A program made the translations under genes and the position numbers. From positions 1 through 31,259 of IMG/VR virus record IMGVR_UViG_3300012667_000404: a stretch of DNA of 31,259 bases; one strand, written 5' to 3'. The stretch's first letter is position 1. Each line of letters starts with the position of its first letter. Origin of the DNA: a virus (taxonomy: Duplodnaviria; Caudoviricetes). Positions 1-9,063 of the stretch are shown here, one piece after another. Under the pieces are notes generated by a model that saw only the letters and a program-made list of their open reading frames with translations, did not search any database and had not been told where the DNA came from.

Positions 1-55
1 AGCTTGCGCGGGAAACACTGGCGCAGAAATGAGCCTTCTGGCATAAGGTGCAAAG
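1..55. repeat. 55-bp exact direct repeat, copy 1 (copy 2 at 30963-31017)
   Basis: AGCTTGCGCG...GGTGCAAAG is identical at both positions; sequences diverge at base 56 versus 31018. Confidence 0.97.
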
Positions 56-91
56 CTGTTAGACGGATTTCTAAACTAGAAGGGAATTGAT

Positions 92-367
92 ATGGCTGGA
101 AGGCCAAAGGGCATCCCCAAAACAGGTGGAAGGGTCAAAGGGACGCCGAACAAACTCACCAAGACCATTCGGGAAGCCATCGAAGAGAGTTTTGAGCAAG
201 TCGGGGGCGCTGACTATCTGGCGCGAATGGCAATCTTAGAGCCGTCATCCTACATGACCCTTCTGGGCAAGGTGCTTCCCGCGCATATGAATATCAAAGC
301 AAGCGACAACACTTTCCGCCTTGTCGTTGAAAGAGCCAGTGCCACAGATCAAACTAACCCTGACTGA
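92..367 (+). CDS. terS: terminase small subunit (putative)
   Basis: GRPKG..GGRVKGTPNK basic N-terminus typical of this TerS class; lies directly upstream of and overlaps TerL. Confidence 0.75.
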   Translation: MAGRPKGIPKTGGRVKGTPNKLTKTIREAIEESFEQVGGADYLARMAILEPSSYMTLLGKVLPAHMNIKASDNTFRLVVERASATDQTNPD

Positions 368-1589
368 GCCACAAGAGCGTTTCGTTTTCAGCGATGCGCC
401 TCACCCTTGCATGGTTGCGGGATATGGCGCGGGCAAGTCTCAGGCTGCGGTTGCACGGCTTCTCATCAAGGCGCTGAATTATCCGGGCATGGATTTTGGC
501 TTTGTCGAACCGACTTATGACCTTGTGAAGCTGATTGCATGGCCTCGCTTCTGCTCAATGCTGGATCACTGGGGCATCCAATACGAATTGAACAAGACCG
601 ATAGCACCTTACGGATTGAAAACGCCTCGCAGATTATCTTTCGGTCTGCGGACAACCCAGAGCGCATGGTTGGCTTTGAGATTGCAGACGGCGTGATTGA
701 CGAAATCGACACGCTCAAAAAGGACCATGCGGCTGATGCCTGGTCAAAAATGCTGGCGCGTTGCCGACAGAAGAAGCCTGATGGAGCCATTAATACGCTT
801 TCGGCAGCTTCGACGCCTGAGGGTTTCCGCTTCGTCTATGAACGCTGGGGCAAAAGCCCAAGGCCCGGTTACGAACTGATCAGAGCGCCGACAACGAGCA
901 ACCCTTACCTTCCGGCAGGATATGTCGATCAACTGCGCAACGACTATTCGAGCAGCCAGCTTGCCGCTTATCTGGACGGCGAGTTTGTCAATCTGACATC
1001 GGGCAGCGTTTATGCAGAGTTTGACCGCGCCTTGAACGGCTGCGATGCCGACATCCAGCCAAACGAGCATCTGCACGTTGGGATGGACTTTAACGTCAAC
1101 AATATGAGCGCGGTCGTTTTGGTCATCAGGCAGGGCGACCCTGTGGCTGTTGAGGAAATAACCAAGGTCCGCGACACGCCGACGATGATCGACGTTCTCC
1201 GGTCGCGCTATCCCAGCCATTCGATAACGGTCTACCCTGACGCATCCGGCAAATCGACCAAATCGGTCAACGCCAGCGTTTCGGATATAAGCCTGCTGCG
1301 AAGCGCCAACTTCACGGTCTTAGCCAATCCGGCAAACCCTGCGGTCAAGGACAGGATTATGGCCGTAAACCAGCTTATCCATTCAAACGGACGCCGGAGG
1401 CTGCTGGTCAATTTTGACAAATGCCCGACTTTGGTGGAAGGCTTGGAGCAGCAGTCTTACAACAAAAACGGCGAACCAGATAAGGCAAGCGGCCACGACC
1501 ACCTTAATGATGCGCTGGGGTATTTTTTGTGTTATAAATTCGGCATCAATCGTGGCAGCGTATCATTCGCCAAACTTTCAGGGGTGTAA
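339..1589 (+). CDS. terL: terminase large subunit
   Basis: Walker A AGYGAGKS, Walker B GVIDE, STPEG coupling motif, RNase H-like nuclease motifs GMDFN, DASG and DHLNDALGY; start GTG 339 (ORF open from 321). Confidence 0.95.
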   Translation: MPQIKLTLTEPQERFVFSDAPHPCMVAGYGAGKSQAAVARLLIKALNYPGMDFGFVEPTYDLVKLIAWPRFCSMLDHWGIQYELNKTDSTLRIENASQIIFRSADNPERMVGFEIADGVIDEIDTLKKDHAADAWSKMLARCRQKKPDGAINTLSAASTPEGFRFVYERWGKSPRPGYELIRAPTTSNPYLPAGYVDQLRNDYSSSQLAAYLDGEFVNLTSGSVYAEFDRALNGCDADIQPNEHLHVGMDFNVNNMSAVVLVIRQGDPVAVEEITKVRDTPTMIDVLRSRYPSHSITVYPDASGKSTKSVNASVSDISLLRSANFTVLANPANPAVKDRIMAVNQLIHSNGRRRLLVNFDKCPTLVEGLEQQSYNKNGEPDKASGHDHLNDALGYFLCYKFGINRGSVSFAKLSGV

Positions 1590-1591
1590 CT

Positions 1592-3109
1592 ATGTCGGTC
1601 ACTAACACGCACGATCAGTATGATGCGTATAAGTGGAAGTGGCGCAGGTGCCGCGATGTCATCGCCGGAAAAGATGCAATCATCCAGAACGGCAGAACGG
1701 GTGAACGCTACATTGGATCGCTCTATAACACGACCTATGCGCCTGACGTTTACCTGCCGCGCCTCGCCAATCAGACGGATAACGAATATCTGGCGTATCA
1801 GGAGCGGGCCGCATTCTTCAACGCGACAGGCCGCACGCTTGACGCGCTGACCGGGCTAATCTTTGCCAAAGACCCGCAGTATGAACTGCCCATTGCCATT
1901 GCGCCTTATGCCGACGACATCACGTTGACCGATACGAACCTGCGCGAGTTTAGCGAACAGGTTGTCGAGCAGCAGCTTGCAGTGGGCCGCGTGGGCATCA
2001 TGGTCGATTATCCGCAGGGCATTCCGACCGACCTAACCGTTGCGATGGCCGAGGCATTGAACGCCCGCCCATTCCTGCGCTGGTATAGCGCCGAAAACCT
2101 CATCAACTGGCGCACCAGCATGGTCAATGGTGCGCGGACGCTGACCCTTGTTGTGCTGCGTGAGAACGTGGAAACCTATGAGGACCAATTCACGGCGCAG
2201 AGCGGCATCCAATATCGGGTGCTTGATTTGACTGAGGAAGGCTACCGCGTCCGCGTCATGGATGATGACGGCACGGTCAAGAGCGAGGTTTACCCGCAGG
2301 TTAAGGGCGCACCGCTGCCCTTTATCCCGTTCACCATCCTTGGCGCGAGTAGCTGTGACCCTGACGTGCAGAAGCCGCCATTGCTCGATTTGGTGGACAC
2401 GAACCTTGCGCACTATCGCAACGGCGCTGATTATGAGCATGGCTTGCACTTCACCGGCCTGCCGACGCCTTATGTCGCTGGCGTCCAGCTTGACGATGGG
2501 CAGACGCTTTCTGTCGGCTCAATGACGGCTTGGATATTCCCCGACCCAAGCGCCAAGGCTGAGTTTCTCGAATTTAAGGGCGATGGCCTTGGCACCTTGC
2601 GCGAGGCAATGAAGGATAAGGAGCAGCGCATGGCTGTTCTTGGCGCTCGAATGCTGGTGGACGAAAGCCGACGCGGCGAGGCTTACCAGACGGTCGAACT
2701 TCGCTTCACGAATGAACGGTCTGTCCTCGCATCAATCGCCCGGTCGGCATCTGACGGCATCAAGCGTTGCTTGAACTGGATGGCCTTTTGGGTGGGCGCT
2801 CCGCAGACGACCGAGTTTTCGCTGAATACGGATTACGGCGCAACCAAGATGCAGCCCCAAATGCTGACGGCCCTTGTTAGCGCATACCAGAGCGATGTCA
2901 TGCCGCTGTCGGTTCTGTTCGACAATATGCAGCGCGGCGAACTGGTGCGGCGCGATATGACGTTTGAGCAATACGAAGCGGAGTTAGACGATCAGGGACC
3001 GAGCCTTGGACTGCCTGAGGGCAATCTATTTGTCGAAAATGCTAGTGAAAATAACAACCAACAGGAAGAAAGCCTGCTGGCGGGAATACGTCAACGATTG
3101 GGGCTTTAA
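1592..3109 (+). CDS. portal protein (DUF4055-like)
   Basis: 505 aa after TerL; YLPRL, GRVGIMVDYP, INWR, PPLLDL..NLAHYRNGADYE motifs. Confidence 0.9.
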   Translation: MSVTNTHDQYDAYKWKWRRCRDVIAGKDAIIQNGRTGERYIGSLYNTTYAPDVYLPRLANQTDNEYLAYQERAAFFNATGRTLDALTGLIFAKDPQYELPIAIAPYADDITLTDTNLREFSEQVVEQQLAVGRVGIMVDYPQGIPTDLTVAMAEALNARPFLRWYSAENLINWRTSMVNGARTLTLVVLRENVETYEDQFTAQSGIQYRVLDLTEEGYRVRVMDDDGTVKSEVYPQVKGAPLPFIPFTILGASSCDPDVQKPPLLDLVDTNLAHYRNGADYEHGLHFTGLPTPYVAGVQLDDGQTLSVGSMTAWIFPDPSAKAEFLEFKGDGLGTLREAMKDKEQRMAVLGARMLVDESRRGEAYQTVELRFTNERSVLASIARSASDGIKRCLNWMAFWVGAPQTTEFSLNTDYGATKMQPQMLTALVSAYQSDVMPLSVLFDNMQRGELVRRDMTFEQYEAELDDQGPSLGLPEGNLFVENASENNNQQEESLLAGIRQRLGL

Positions 3110-4144
3110 ATGGCCGTCCAAAATGAACTAATCACGGCGCTGGTCGAGGGGATAGCGAACCTCAACACACGCCTAAATGACTTGGCAAGCGAAAGGCGCA
3201 TTCCGGGACCGGAGGGTCAGCCGGGACGCGATGGGGAAAATGGCAAGGACGCACCGCCTGTTAGTGATGATGCAATCAAAGCCCAAGCTGTCGCTTGGCT
3301 TGAAGCAAACATCACCCAGCCCAAGGACGGACAGCCCGGAGAACCCGGCGCAGACGGCAAAGACGGAGAGGCTGGACGCCCACCAACGTCTGACGAAATT
3401 CGCCTTGCGGTTGATATATGGTTTGAAATCAACGCCGAAGATTTGCGCGGACCTGCTGGCAAGGACGGCATTGACGGTCGTAATGGTAATGATGGCCGCG
3501 ACGGTCGCAATGGCATTGACGGCGATGTTGGCCCTGTGGGGCCTGCGGGTGTTGGTGTTGCGCTTGTCGAGCAGCGAGACGAAAGCTCGTTTTGGATAAC
3601 GCTAACTGACGGACGCGAGTTTGAGATTGAACTGCCCAAGCCGAAGCGCCGGGGCAGCGTGATTGCAAGCGGAACGGCGACAGCAATTTATATGTCTGCG
3701 TTTGATAGGCAGGTGCAGACCGCCTTACCCAATACCGCCACTGCGATGGAGATTGACACTGTTGTCGAGCATTTCGGCATCAATATGGAAAACCTCACGC
3801 ATATCACGTTTGGCGAAAGCGGGCTTTTCAATATCCAATTCAGCATCCAGCTTCATAACACCGACAGTCAAGAGCATGATGTCAGCATCTGGGTGTCGCG
3901 TGACGGCATCGCAGAGCCTGATAGCTGCACCGACATGACAATTCCTGCGCGACATGGCAGCTTTAATGGGGCTTCTGTCGCCGCGTGGAATTTCTTCTAT
4001 CGCGCCAAGAAAGGCGAATATTGCCGCCTAATGTGGTCGACGCCGAACGCGGCTGTCTATATCGCGGGCTTGCCAGCGCGCACGGCTCCTGTGCGGCCAG
4101 AGACGCCTTCTATCATCCTGACGGTTAACAAGGTGGCTCCGTGA
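3110..4144 (+). CDS. collagen-like (Gly-X-Y) virion protein with C-terminal beta-rich domain
   Basis: Three Gly-X-Y tracts (GPEGQPGRDGENGKD, GQPGEPGADGKDGEAG, GKDGIDGRNGNDGRDGRNGIDGDVGPVGPAG); located in the head module. Confidence 0.75.
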   Translation: MAVQNELITALVEGIANLNTRLNDLASERRIPGPEGQPGRDGENGKDAPPVSDDAIKAQAVAWLEANITQPKDGQPGEPGADGKDGEAGRPPTSDEIRLAVDIWFEINAEDLRGPAGKDGIDGRNGNDGRDGRNGIDGDVGPVGPAGVGVALVEQRDESSFWITLTDGREFEIELPKPKRRGSVIASGTATAIYMSAFDRQVQTALPNTATAMEIDTVVEHFGINMENLTHITFGESGLFNIQFSIQLHNTDSQEHDVSIWVSRDGIAEPDSCTDMTIPARHGSFNGASVAAWNFFYRAKKGEYCRLMWSTPNAAVYIAGLPARTAPVRPETPSIILTVNKVAP

Positions 4145-5175
4145 ATACGTCTGATCGCCTGCTTGACCTTTTCACGATTAGGACGCTCCTCCTGCTGCGC
4201 ATCGCTGCGGGCGAGAATATCCGCATTAACAAGGAATATGACGCAATCGCGGCTGACATCCAGCGCCAGCTTCGCGGGCCTGAGTTGTCTACATACAAAG
4301 GGAAGCGGCTGGACAAGGCCATTGCCGAACTGAAAGCCCGCGTTGCCGTCAAGCAGCCCAAGATTGGCGAACTGGCAAAGACCGAGGCCCGCTATACGGT
4401 CCAGAGCCTTATCCAAGTCGGTATCAATGCCGTTCTGCCGCCTGATGACGTGATCGAGAGCGTTTCCAAATCGTCCTTGGTGCAAGGCGCGACCATTAAG
4501 CAATGGTGGGAAAAGCTAAACGACACGACCGCATTTGACCTTGAGCGCGCCATCAAGAATGGCGTCCTGCTTGGGCAGACTAACCGCGAGATTGCCAGCG
4601 CGATTGTCGGCAACGGAACGGACAAGGGGCCGGAGGCTCTGTCCAAGGCTCGGCGCGATGCGATGGCGATAACGCGCACTGGCGTCCAGACCGTTGCCAA
4701 TGATGCGCGGTTTGCGACCTATGAGCAAAATGCAGACATCATCAAGGCGCTGCAATGGGTGTCAACTCTCGACAGTCGCACAAGCGATATTTGCATTGCG
4801 CGCTCAGGCAAGACTTGGGCCTTTCCGTCAATGAAACCAATCGGCCATGAAATCCCTTGGAATGGCGGCCCGCCTGCGCATTGGGCCTGCCGGTCAACGA
4901 CCGTGCCAATCACAAAGACCTTTGCCGAACTCGACGGCGAGGACGCCTTAACGCCGGACATCACGCCAAGCACAAGGTCGAGCATGGACGGCCAAGTCGC
5001 AGCCGACCTTAGCTTTGATGACTTCCTAAAGGGCAAGCCTCAATCCTTCGCGGATGAAATGCTGGGGAAGGGCCGGGCGCAATTGTGGCGCGAGGGCAAA
5101 ATCACGCTTTCTGAATTATTGAGCGCAAAGGGAACGCCTTTGACGCTGGCCCAATTGAAAGCCAAATATTCCTAA
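4141..5175 (+). CDS. minor capsid / head morphogenesis protein (SPP1 gp7 / Mu gpF-like)
   Basis: ITRT, WVSTLDSRTSDIC and PPAHWACRST motifs; located between portal and scaffold. Confidence 0.9.
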   Translation: MNTSDRLLDLFTIRTLLLLRIAAGENIRINKEYDAIAADIQRQLRGPELSTYKGKRLDKAIAELKARVAVKQPKIGELAKTEARYTVQSLIQVGINAVLPPDDVIESVSKSSLVQGATIKQWWEKLNDTTAFDLERAIKNGVLLGQTNREIASAIVGNGTDKGPEALSKARRDAMAITRTGVQTVANDARFATYEQNADIIKALQWVSTLDSRTSDICIARSGKTWAFPSMKPIGHEIPWNGGPPAHWACRSTTVPITKTFAELDGEDALTPDITPSTRSSMDGQVAADLSFDDFLKGKPQSFADEMLGKGRAQLWREGKITLSELLSAKGTPLTLAQLKAKYS

Positions 5176-5187
5176 TTGCATGACGCT

Positions 5188-5215
5188 TTGATTTATCAAG
5201 GTTTGGTGTTAAATG
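5188..5215 (+). promoter_or_regulatory. putative late promoter upstream of scaffold/major capsid genes
   Basis: TTGATT-N16-TAAATG; the 10-mer GTGTTAAATG is shared with the region upstream of the major tail gene (9014-9023). Confidence 0.4.
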
Positions 5216-5230
5216 GGTTTGGATTGCTGC

Positions 5231-5280
5231 GGCAGAGCCAATGCAACCCAACGGCCTGAGGCCACAACGTCCAGAGGACA
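5231..5280 (+). promoter_or_regulatory. three C-(A/T)GA-G triloop hairpins in the scaffold leader, the last covering the RBS
   Basis: GGC-AGA-GCC 5231-39, GGCC-TGA-GGCC 5253-63, GTCC-AGA-GGAC 5269-79. Confidence 0.6.
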
Positions 5281-5287
5281 ACACTTT

Positions 5288-5890
5288 ATGAGCGAAGAAA
5301 ACAGCGAATTGGAAGAATTGAAAGCAGCAATTGAGGTGCTGAGTGCCAAAAACCGCGAACTGCTTGGTGAACTGCGAGTGACCAAGGCGAAAGCCAAGGG
5401 CGCAGACATTGACCCAAACGAATATGCGGCGCTTCAATCAGAGGTTGAGGCATTGCGGGCCAATTTGGACAAATCGCAAAAGGAAGCCGGTAAGACGATT
5501 GAGAACCTTACAAAGAGCCTCGGTGAAAAAGACGGCGCTTTGCAGAGTTATCTAATCGACAATGGTTTGAACGATGCCTTGCTAAAGGTTGGTGTGCGAC
5601 CTGAGATGATGCCAGCCGTTAAGGCGATGCTGAAATCCAAGACGCAGCTAAACGCACAAGACGGGCAATATTCGGCGCTCATGGGTGATAAACCGCTGTT
5701 TGATGCAGTCTCAGAATGGGCCGCTGGTGATGAGGGCAAGCACTTTGTCGCAGCACCGGCAAATGTTGGGGGCGGCGCTCCCGGCAATCAGGCTGGGGGC
5801 AATCAATCTGTCGCTCCTAAGGGCAACCTTGGTGGCGACAAAACGCAGCGGGTCAACGCGCTTAAAAATCGTTTCCCCGAACTCGCATAA
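5288..5890 (+). CDS. capsid scaffolding protein
   Basis: Coiled-coil rich with Gly-rich C-terminal linker; immediately precedes the MCP; ATG 5288 with AGAGGA RBS. Confidence 0.85.
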   Translation: MSEENSELEELKAAIEVLSAKNRELLGELRVTKAKAKGADIDPNEYAALQSEVEALRANLDKSQKEAGKTIENLTKSLGEKDGALQSYLIDNGLNDALLKVGVRPEMMPAVKAMLKSKTQLNAQDGQYSALMGDKPLFDAVSEWAAGDEGKHFVAAPANVGGGAPGNQAGGNQSVAPKGNLGGDKTQRVNALKNRFPELA

Positions 5891-5901
5891 GGATTTAAGT
5901 T

Positions 5902-6867
5902 ATGTCTCTCTCGCAGATGCAGGTTTTCAACCAGTATATCATGCCCGCCACCATCGAGAGCCTTGCTCAGATGGTCGAAAAGTTTAACGCCGCTTCAAAC
6001 GGTGCTTTCCGTCTGACGACCGAAGGCTTTGATGGCGACTTCTTTCAGGAAAGTTTCTTTGCTTCGGTTCACGCAGCCCAGCGTCGCGTAGACCGTTATG
6101 CCTCCAACGGCGATGCAACAGCGACGGACCTGACGCAGAACCTTGCCAACGCCGTTAAGGTTGCTGGTGGCTTCGGTCCTATCCGCTTTGAGCCTTCGCA
6201 GCTTACGTGGCTTAACAAGCCGACCGCTGAGGGCATCGAAGTTGCATCGCGCAACTTTGCCGAAGCAATGCTCAAGGACCAGCTTAACACGGCTGTTGCC
6301 GCGATTGTGGCCGCAACCCGCAATCAGGCTGGCGCGTGGTATTCGGCTGGTTCCGGTAACGAAATCACGCAGAACAGCATCAACAGCGGTCATGCGCTGT
6401 TTGGTGATGCGTCCTCGCGTATCGTTGCGGACGTGATGACCGGCGCAATGTTCCACAAGCTGCTCGGCCAGAACATCACCAACGCGAACAACCTGTTTGT
6501 CGCTGGCGATGTTACGGTTGTTGACATCCTTGGCCGCGCCATCGTTGTCACCGACGCACCAGCTCTGACGTTCACCGAAAGCACGGTCGACTATGACGCC
6601 GTTCTCGGTCTGGCCGACAGCGCAGCCATCGTCTATGACGCAGGCGACGTTGTTTCCAACATCGAAACGACCAACGGCAAGCTGCGCATCGAAACGACCA
6701 TGCAGGTGGACTATTCGTTTGGTCTGCGCCTCAAGGGCTATTCGTGGGATGCAACCAACGGCGGCAAGTCGCCAACGGATGCAGAACTTGCGACCGGCTC
6801 GAACTGGGACAAGTGCGTCACCAGCATTAAGGACACTGCGGGCGTTGTCATTCTTGGCGAAGCCTAA
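5902..6867 (+). CDS. major capsid protein
   Basis: 321 aa, strongly biased codons, C-terminal GYSWDATNGGKSPTDAELATGSNW motif; follows the scaffold and precedes a terminator. Confidence 0.9.
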   Translation: MSLSQMQVFNQYIMPATIESLAQMVEKFNAASNGAFRLTTEGFDGDFFQESFFASVHAAQRRVDRYASNGDATATDLTQNLANAVKVAGGFGPIRFEPSQLTWLNKPTAEGIEVASRNFAEAMLKDQLNTAVAAIVAATRNQAGAWYSAGSGNEITQNSINSGHALFGDASSRIVADVMTGAMFHKLLGQNITNANNLFVAGDVTVVDILGRAIVVTDAPALTFTESTVDYDAVLGLADSAAIVYDAGDVVSNIETTNGKLRIETTMQVDYSFGLRLKGYSWDATNGGKSPTDAELATGSNWDKCVTSIKDTAGVVILGEA

Positions 6868-6878
6868 GGTCTGAGGTT

Positions 6879-6930
6879 TGGGGCTGCGGTTTGGATTGGG
6901 TGTTCCCGGTTGCCGCAGCCCCATTCTTTT
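6879..6930 (+). terminator. rho-independent terminator after the MCP gene
   Basis: TGGGGCTGCGG / CCGCAGCCCCA 11-bp stem followed by TTCTTTT. Confidence 0.75.
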
Positions 6931-6942
6931 AAGGGATAGAAA

Positions 6943-7185
6943 ATGGCCAGAGAAGTGACATACGAACCTCATCCGATTAGCGCAGAGCGCAAGGCGGAAC
7001 TGTTGGCCAAAGGCTTCCGCATCATTGACGCACGATTTGCGCCTGACGATGCGCCGAAGCCAGTGATTGAACAGCCCGCGATTGAAGTGCCGATTGCGCA
7101 GCCTGCAAAGAAGCGTGGCCGACCGGCTAAGGTTGCCAGCGAGGCGCAAATAAGCGATAAGCCAGCGGCACCTTCGGAGGATTAA
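6943..7185 (+). CDS. hypothetical head-associated protein
   Basis: YEPHP..ERKAEL..GFRIIDARFAP and KKRGRP; typical small gene after an MCP; RBS present. Confidence 0.7.
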   Translation: MAREVTYEPHPISAERKAELLAKGFRIIDARFAPDDAPKPVIEQPAIEVPIAQPAKKRGRPAKVASEAQISDKPAAPSED

Positions 7186-7188
7186 ATC

Positions 7189-7704
7189 ATGGCATTTGTG
7201 GTCGAAACTGGCGCGGGTCTTTCCAACGCGAACAGCTACGCATCGGTCGCAGATGCAGATGCCTATGTCGCTGATCGTGGCATTGCTGGCTGGGCTGCAT
7301 TGTCATCGACCGTAAAGCAGCAATCGCTCATCAAAGGGACAGATTACCTTGAGCAGACCTACCGCGAAGCGTGGAAGGGTTATCGGGTAACTTCAACGCA
7401 GGCTCTTTCGTGGCCGCGTTCTGACGTGATTGTGGACACCTTCCCAGTTGCCGCCAATGTTGTGCCGACAGCCGTTGTGCGCGCCTGCATTGAAATGGCT
7501 ATCCGCGCAAGCGCTGGCGACGAATTGATTGCCGATCTTGGGCAGCAGGTTGTCCGCGAGAAGGTGGACGTGATCGAAACTCAGTATTCGGAATACGGCA
7601 GCCCTTCGGTGAAATATCCTGCCGTTAACCGGCTCCTCATTCCTTACGTGCTTTCCAGCACAAGCGATGGCGGCTTTGCACAGGCGCGGGTGGTGCGGAC
7701 CTGA
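7189..7704 (+). CDS. head-tail adaptor (DnaT-like family)
   Basis: VETGAGLSNANSYASVADADAY and QALSWPR motifs. Confidence 0.85.
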   Translation: MAFVVETGAGLSNANSYASVADADAYVADRGIAGWAALSSTVKQQSLIKGTDYLEQTYREAWKGYRVTSTQALSWPRSDVIVDTFPVAANVVPTAVVRACIEMAIRASAGDELIADLGQQVVREKVDVIETQYSEYGSPSVKYPAVNRLLIPYVLSSTSDGGFAQARVVRT

Positions 7705-8057
7705 TGGCTGACACTGCGGCGCAAGCGGCGAAACTGCTCAACAAATTTGGTGAAGCCGTCACCATTACATTCCCCGGCACTGCTGGTTTTGACCCTATCA
7801 CTGGGGAGCCTACTACCCCTAGTAGTGGCAATAGCTACACTGCCAAGGGCTACGCTGGTCAATACGTTAGCTCTGATATTGACGGGACGGTAATCCAGCA
7901 GAACGACATCCGCCTGATTATGCAGATCATCGCTGTCCGCCCTGAGGTTGGCTGCACGGCCCTTGTTGATGGCACGACTTATCGGGTCATGGACGTTCAA
8001 GCCATCCGCAAGAGTGGCGTTGACGTGATTTACATTTGCCAATTGAGGGCGAATTAA
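7704..8057 (+). CDS. head closure / head-tail joining protein
   Basis: Size and synteny; FDPITG and IDGTVIQQND motifs; translationally coupled. Confidence 0.7.
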   Translation: MADTAAQAAKLLNKFGEAVTITFPGTAGFDPITGEPTTPSSGNSYTAKGYAGQYVSSDIDGTVIQQNDIRLIMQIIAVRPEVGCTALVDGTTYRVMDVQAIRKSGVDVIYICQLRAN

Positions 8058-8224
8058 TGGAGGTTGGCGCTAAGGTCTGGTTTCCTTCCGTTTGGGAGGT
8101 CGGCACCTTAGACAGCGTTTTGGTGGGCAATTCTGGCCGCGTCATCGCTTACATTATCGCCAAGGATGATGGCACCAAGGTTGCGATTGATATGCAAGTC
8201 GCGGAGGCTTTTGAGGATGAGTAA
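8057..8224 (+). CDS. hypothetical protein
   Basis: TAATG coupling at the start; stop overlaps the next gene. Confidence 0.6.
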   Translation: MEVGAKVWFPSVWEVGTLDSVLVGNSGRVIAYIIAKDDGTKVAIDMQVAEAFEDE

Positions 8225-8612
8225 TCAGGCAATCGCAGCGGCATTGGCGACCCAATTGGACACGCTTAACCTGCCGACCCAATGGGAAAACGCACCATTC
8301 ACGCCGACCGCTGGCGTGACCTATGTTGCAGAAGCCCTATTGCCGGGCCCGACGCTCTCTGTGGGCGTTGCTGGCACGTCCAGCGATGAGTTTGGAGGCA
8401 TCTATCAGGTGCTTGTATATGCCCCGCTGGGCGGCACCAAGGGCGATGGCTTCGCGGTTGCAAAGGATGTTGCCGACGCTTTCCCCAAGGCACTGAAACT
8501 CACCTATGACGGCCTGACGGTCATTATCCTTCGGACATCGCAGGCTACCGCATTCACAAGCGGCGACCGCTGGGTCATCCCTGTGTCAGTGACGTATCGG
8601 GCCTTTGCATGA
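8217..8612 (+). CDS. tail terminator-like protein (DUF4128-like)
   Basis: WENAPFTP and GIYQVLVYAPLGG motifs; neck module synteny; ATG 8217. Confidence 0.75.
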   Translation: MSNQAIAAALATQLDTLNLPTQWENAPFTPTAGVTYVAEALLPGPTLSVGVAGTSSDEFGGIYQVLVYAPLGGTKGDGFAVAKDVADAFPKALKLTYDGLTVIILRTSQATAFTSGDRWVIPVSVTYRAFA

Positions 8613-8992
8613 GCGCCAAAGACTTTTCGCTGGATATTTCTAAATTCATCGAAAAGACCACAAAGAATGTCGAGCAGAAGGTGCGGGTTATCTGCCTCAA
8701 CCTTTATTCTGGCATCACATACGAAACCCCGGTCGACACTGGCCGCGCCATAAACAATTGGTTTACCAGCATCGGACGGCCCAGCACCGAGACGACAACG
8801 GCGACAGACCCAAGCGGGAAGGCTGGCCTTGCGCGGGCGCAAGCCGATATTAAGATGGCACCGGGCAATGTTTTCTGGATCACGAATAACTTGCCATACA
8901 TTTACCGGCTGGAATTTGAGGGCTGGTCAAAGAAGGCACCAAACGGCATGGTCCGGATTACCATTGACCGCATCCAGCGTGAGTTGCGCTAA
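8609..8992 (+). CDS. tail completion / neck protein (HK97 gp10-like)
   Basis: TPVDTGRA..NW and NNLPYIYRLEFEGWSKKAP.GMVR motifs. Confidence 0.85.
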   Translation: MSAKDFSLDISKFIEKTTKNVEQKVRVICLNLYSGITYETPVDTGRAINNWFTSIGRPSTETTTATDPSGKAGLARAQADIKMAPGNVFWITNNLPYIYRLEFEGWSKKAPNGMVRITIDRIQRELR

Positions 8993-8994
8993 AT

Positions 8995-9023
8995 TAGACA
9001 CGCATTTTGCCCTGTGTTAAATG
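8995..9023 (+). promoter_or_regulatory. putative late promoter upstream of the major tail gene
   Basis: TAGACA-N17-TAAATG; shares GTGTTAAATG with 5206-5215. Confidence 0.4.
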
Positions 9024-9063
9024 CAGGAAGCCTTTTGGCTGTTCATGAACAGGAGTTATAAAA

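Noticed and set aside
1-55. Physical terminal repeat or attL/attR of a prophage
   Set aside because: Length equals a typical assembly k-mer, the copy is not at the window end, the flanking DNA is phage-like, and no integrase is present.
5231-5243. GGCAGAGCCAATG resembling the core of the 24-bp repeat
   Set aside because: Only a short gapped match, better explained as part of the local hairpin series.
5995-7149. 384-aa antisense ORF over the capsid gene (also 12203-13045, 11301-11951 and similar)
   Set aside because: Shadow ORFs caused by codon bias of the sense gene; no recognisable motifs.
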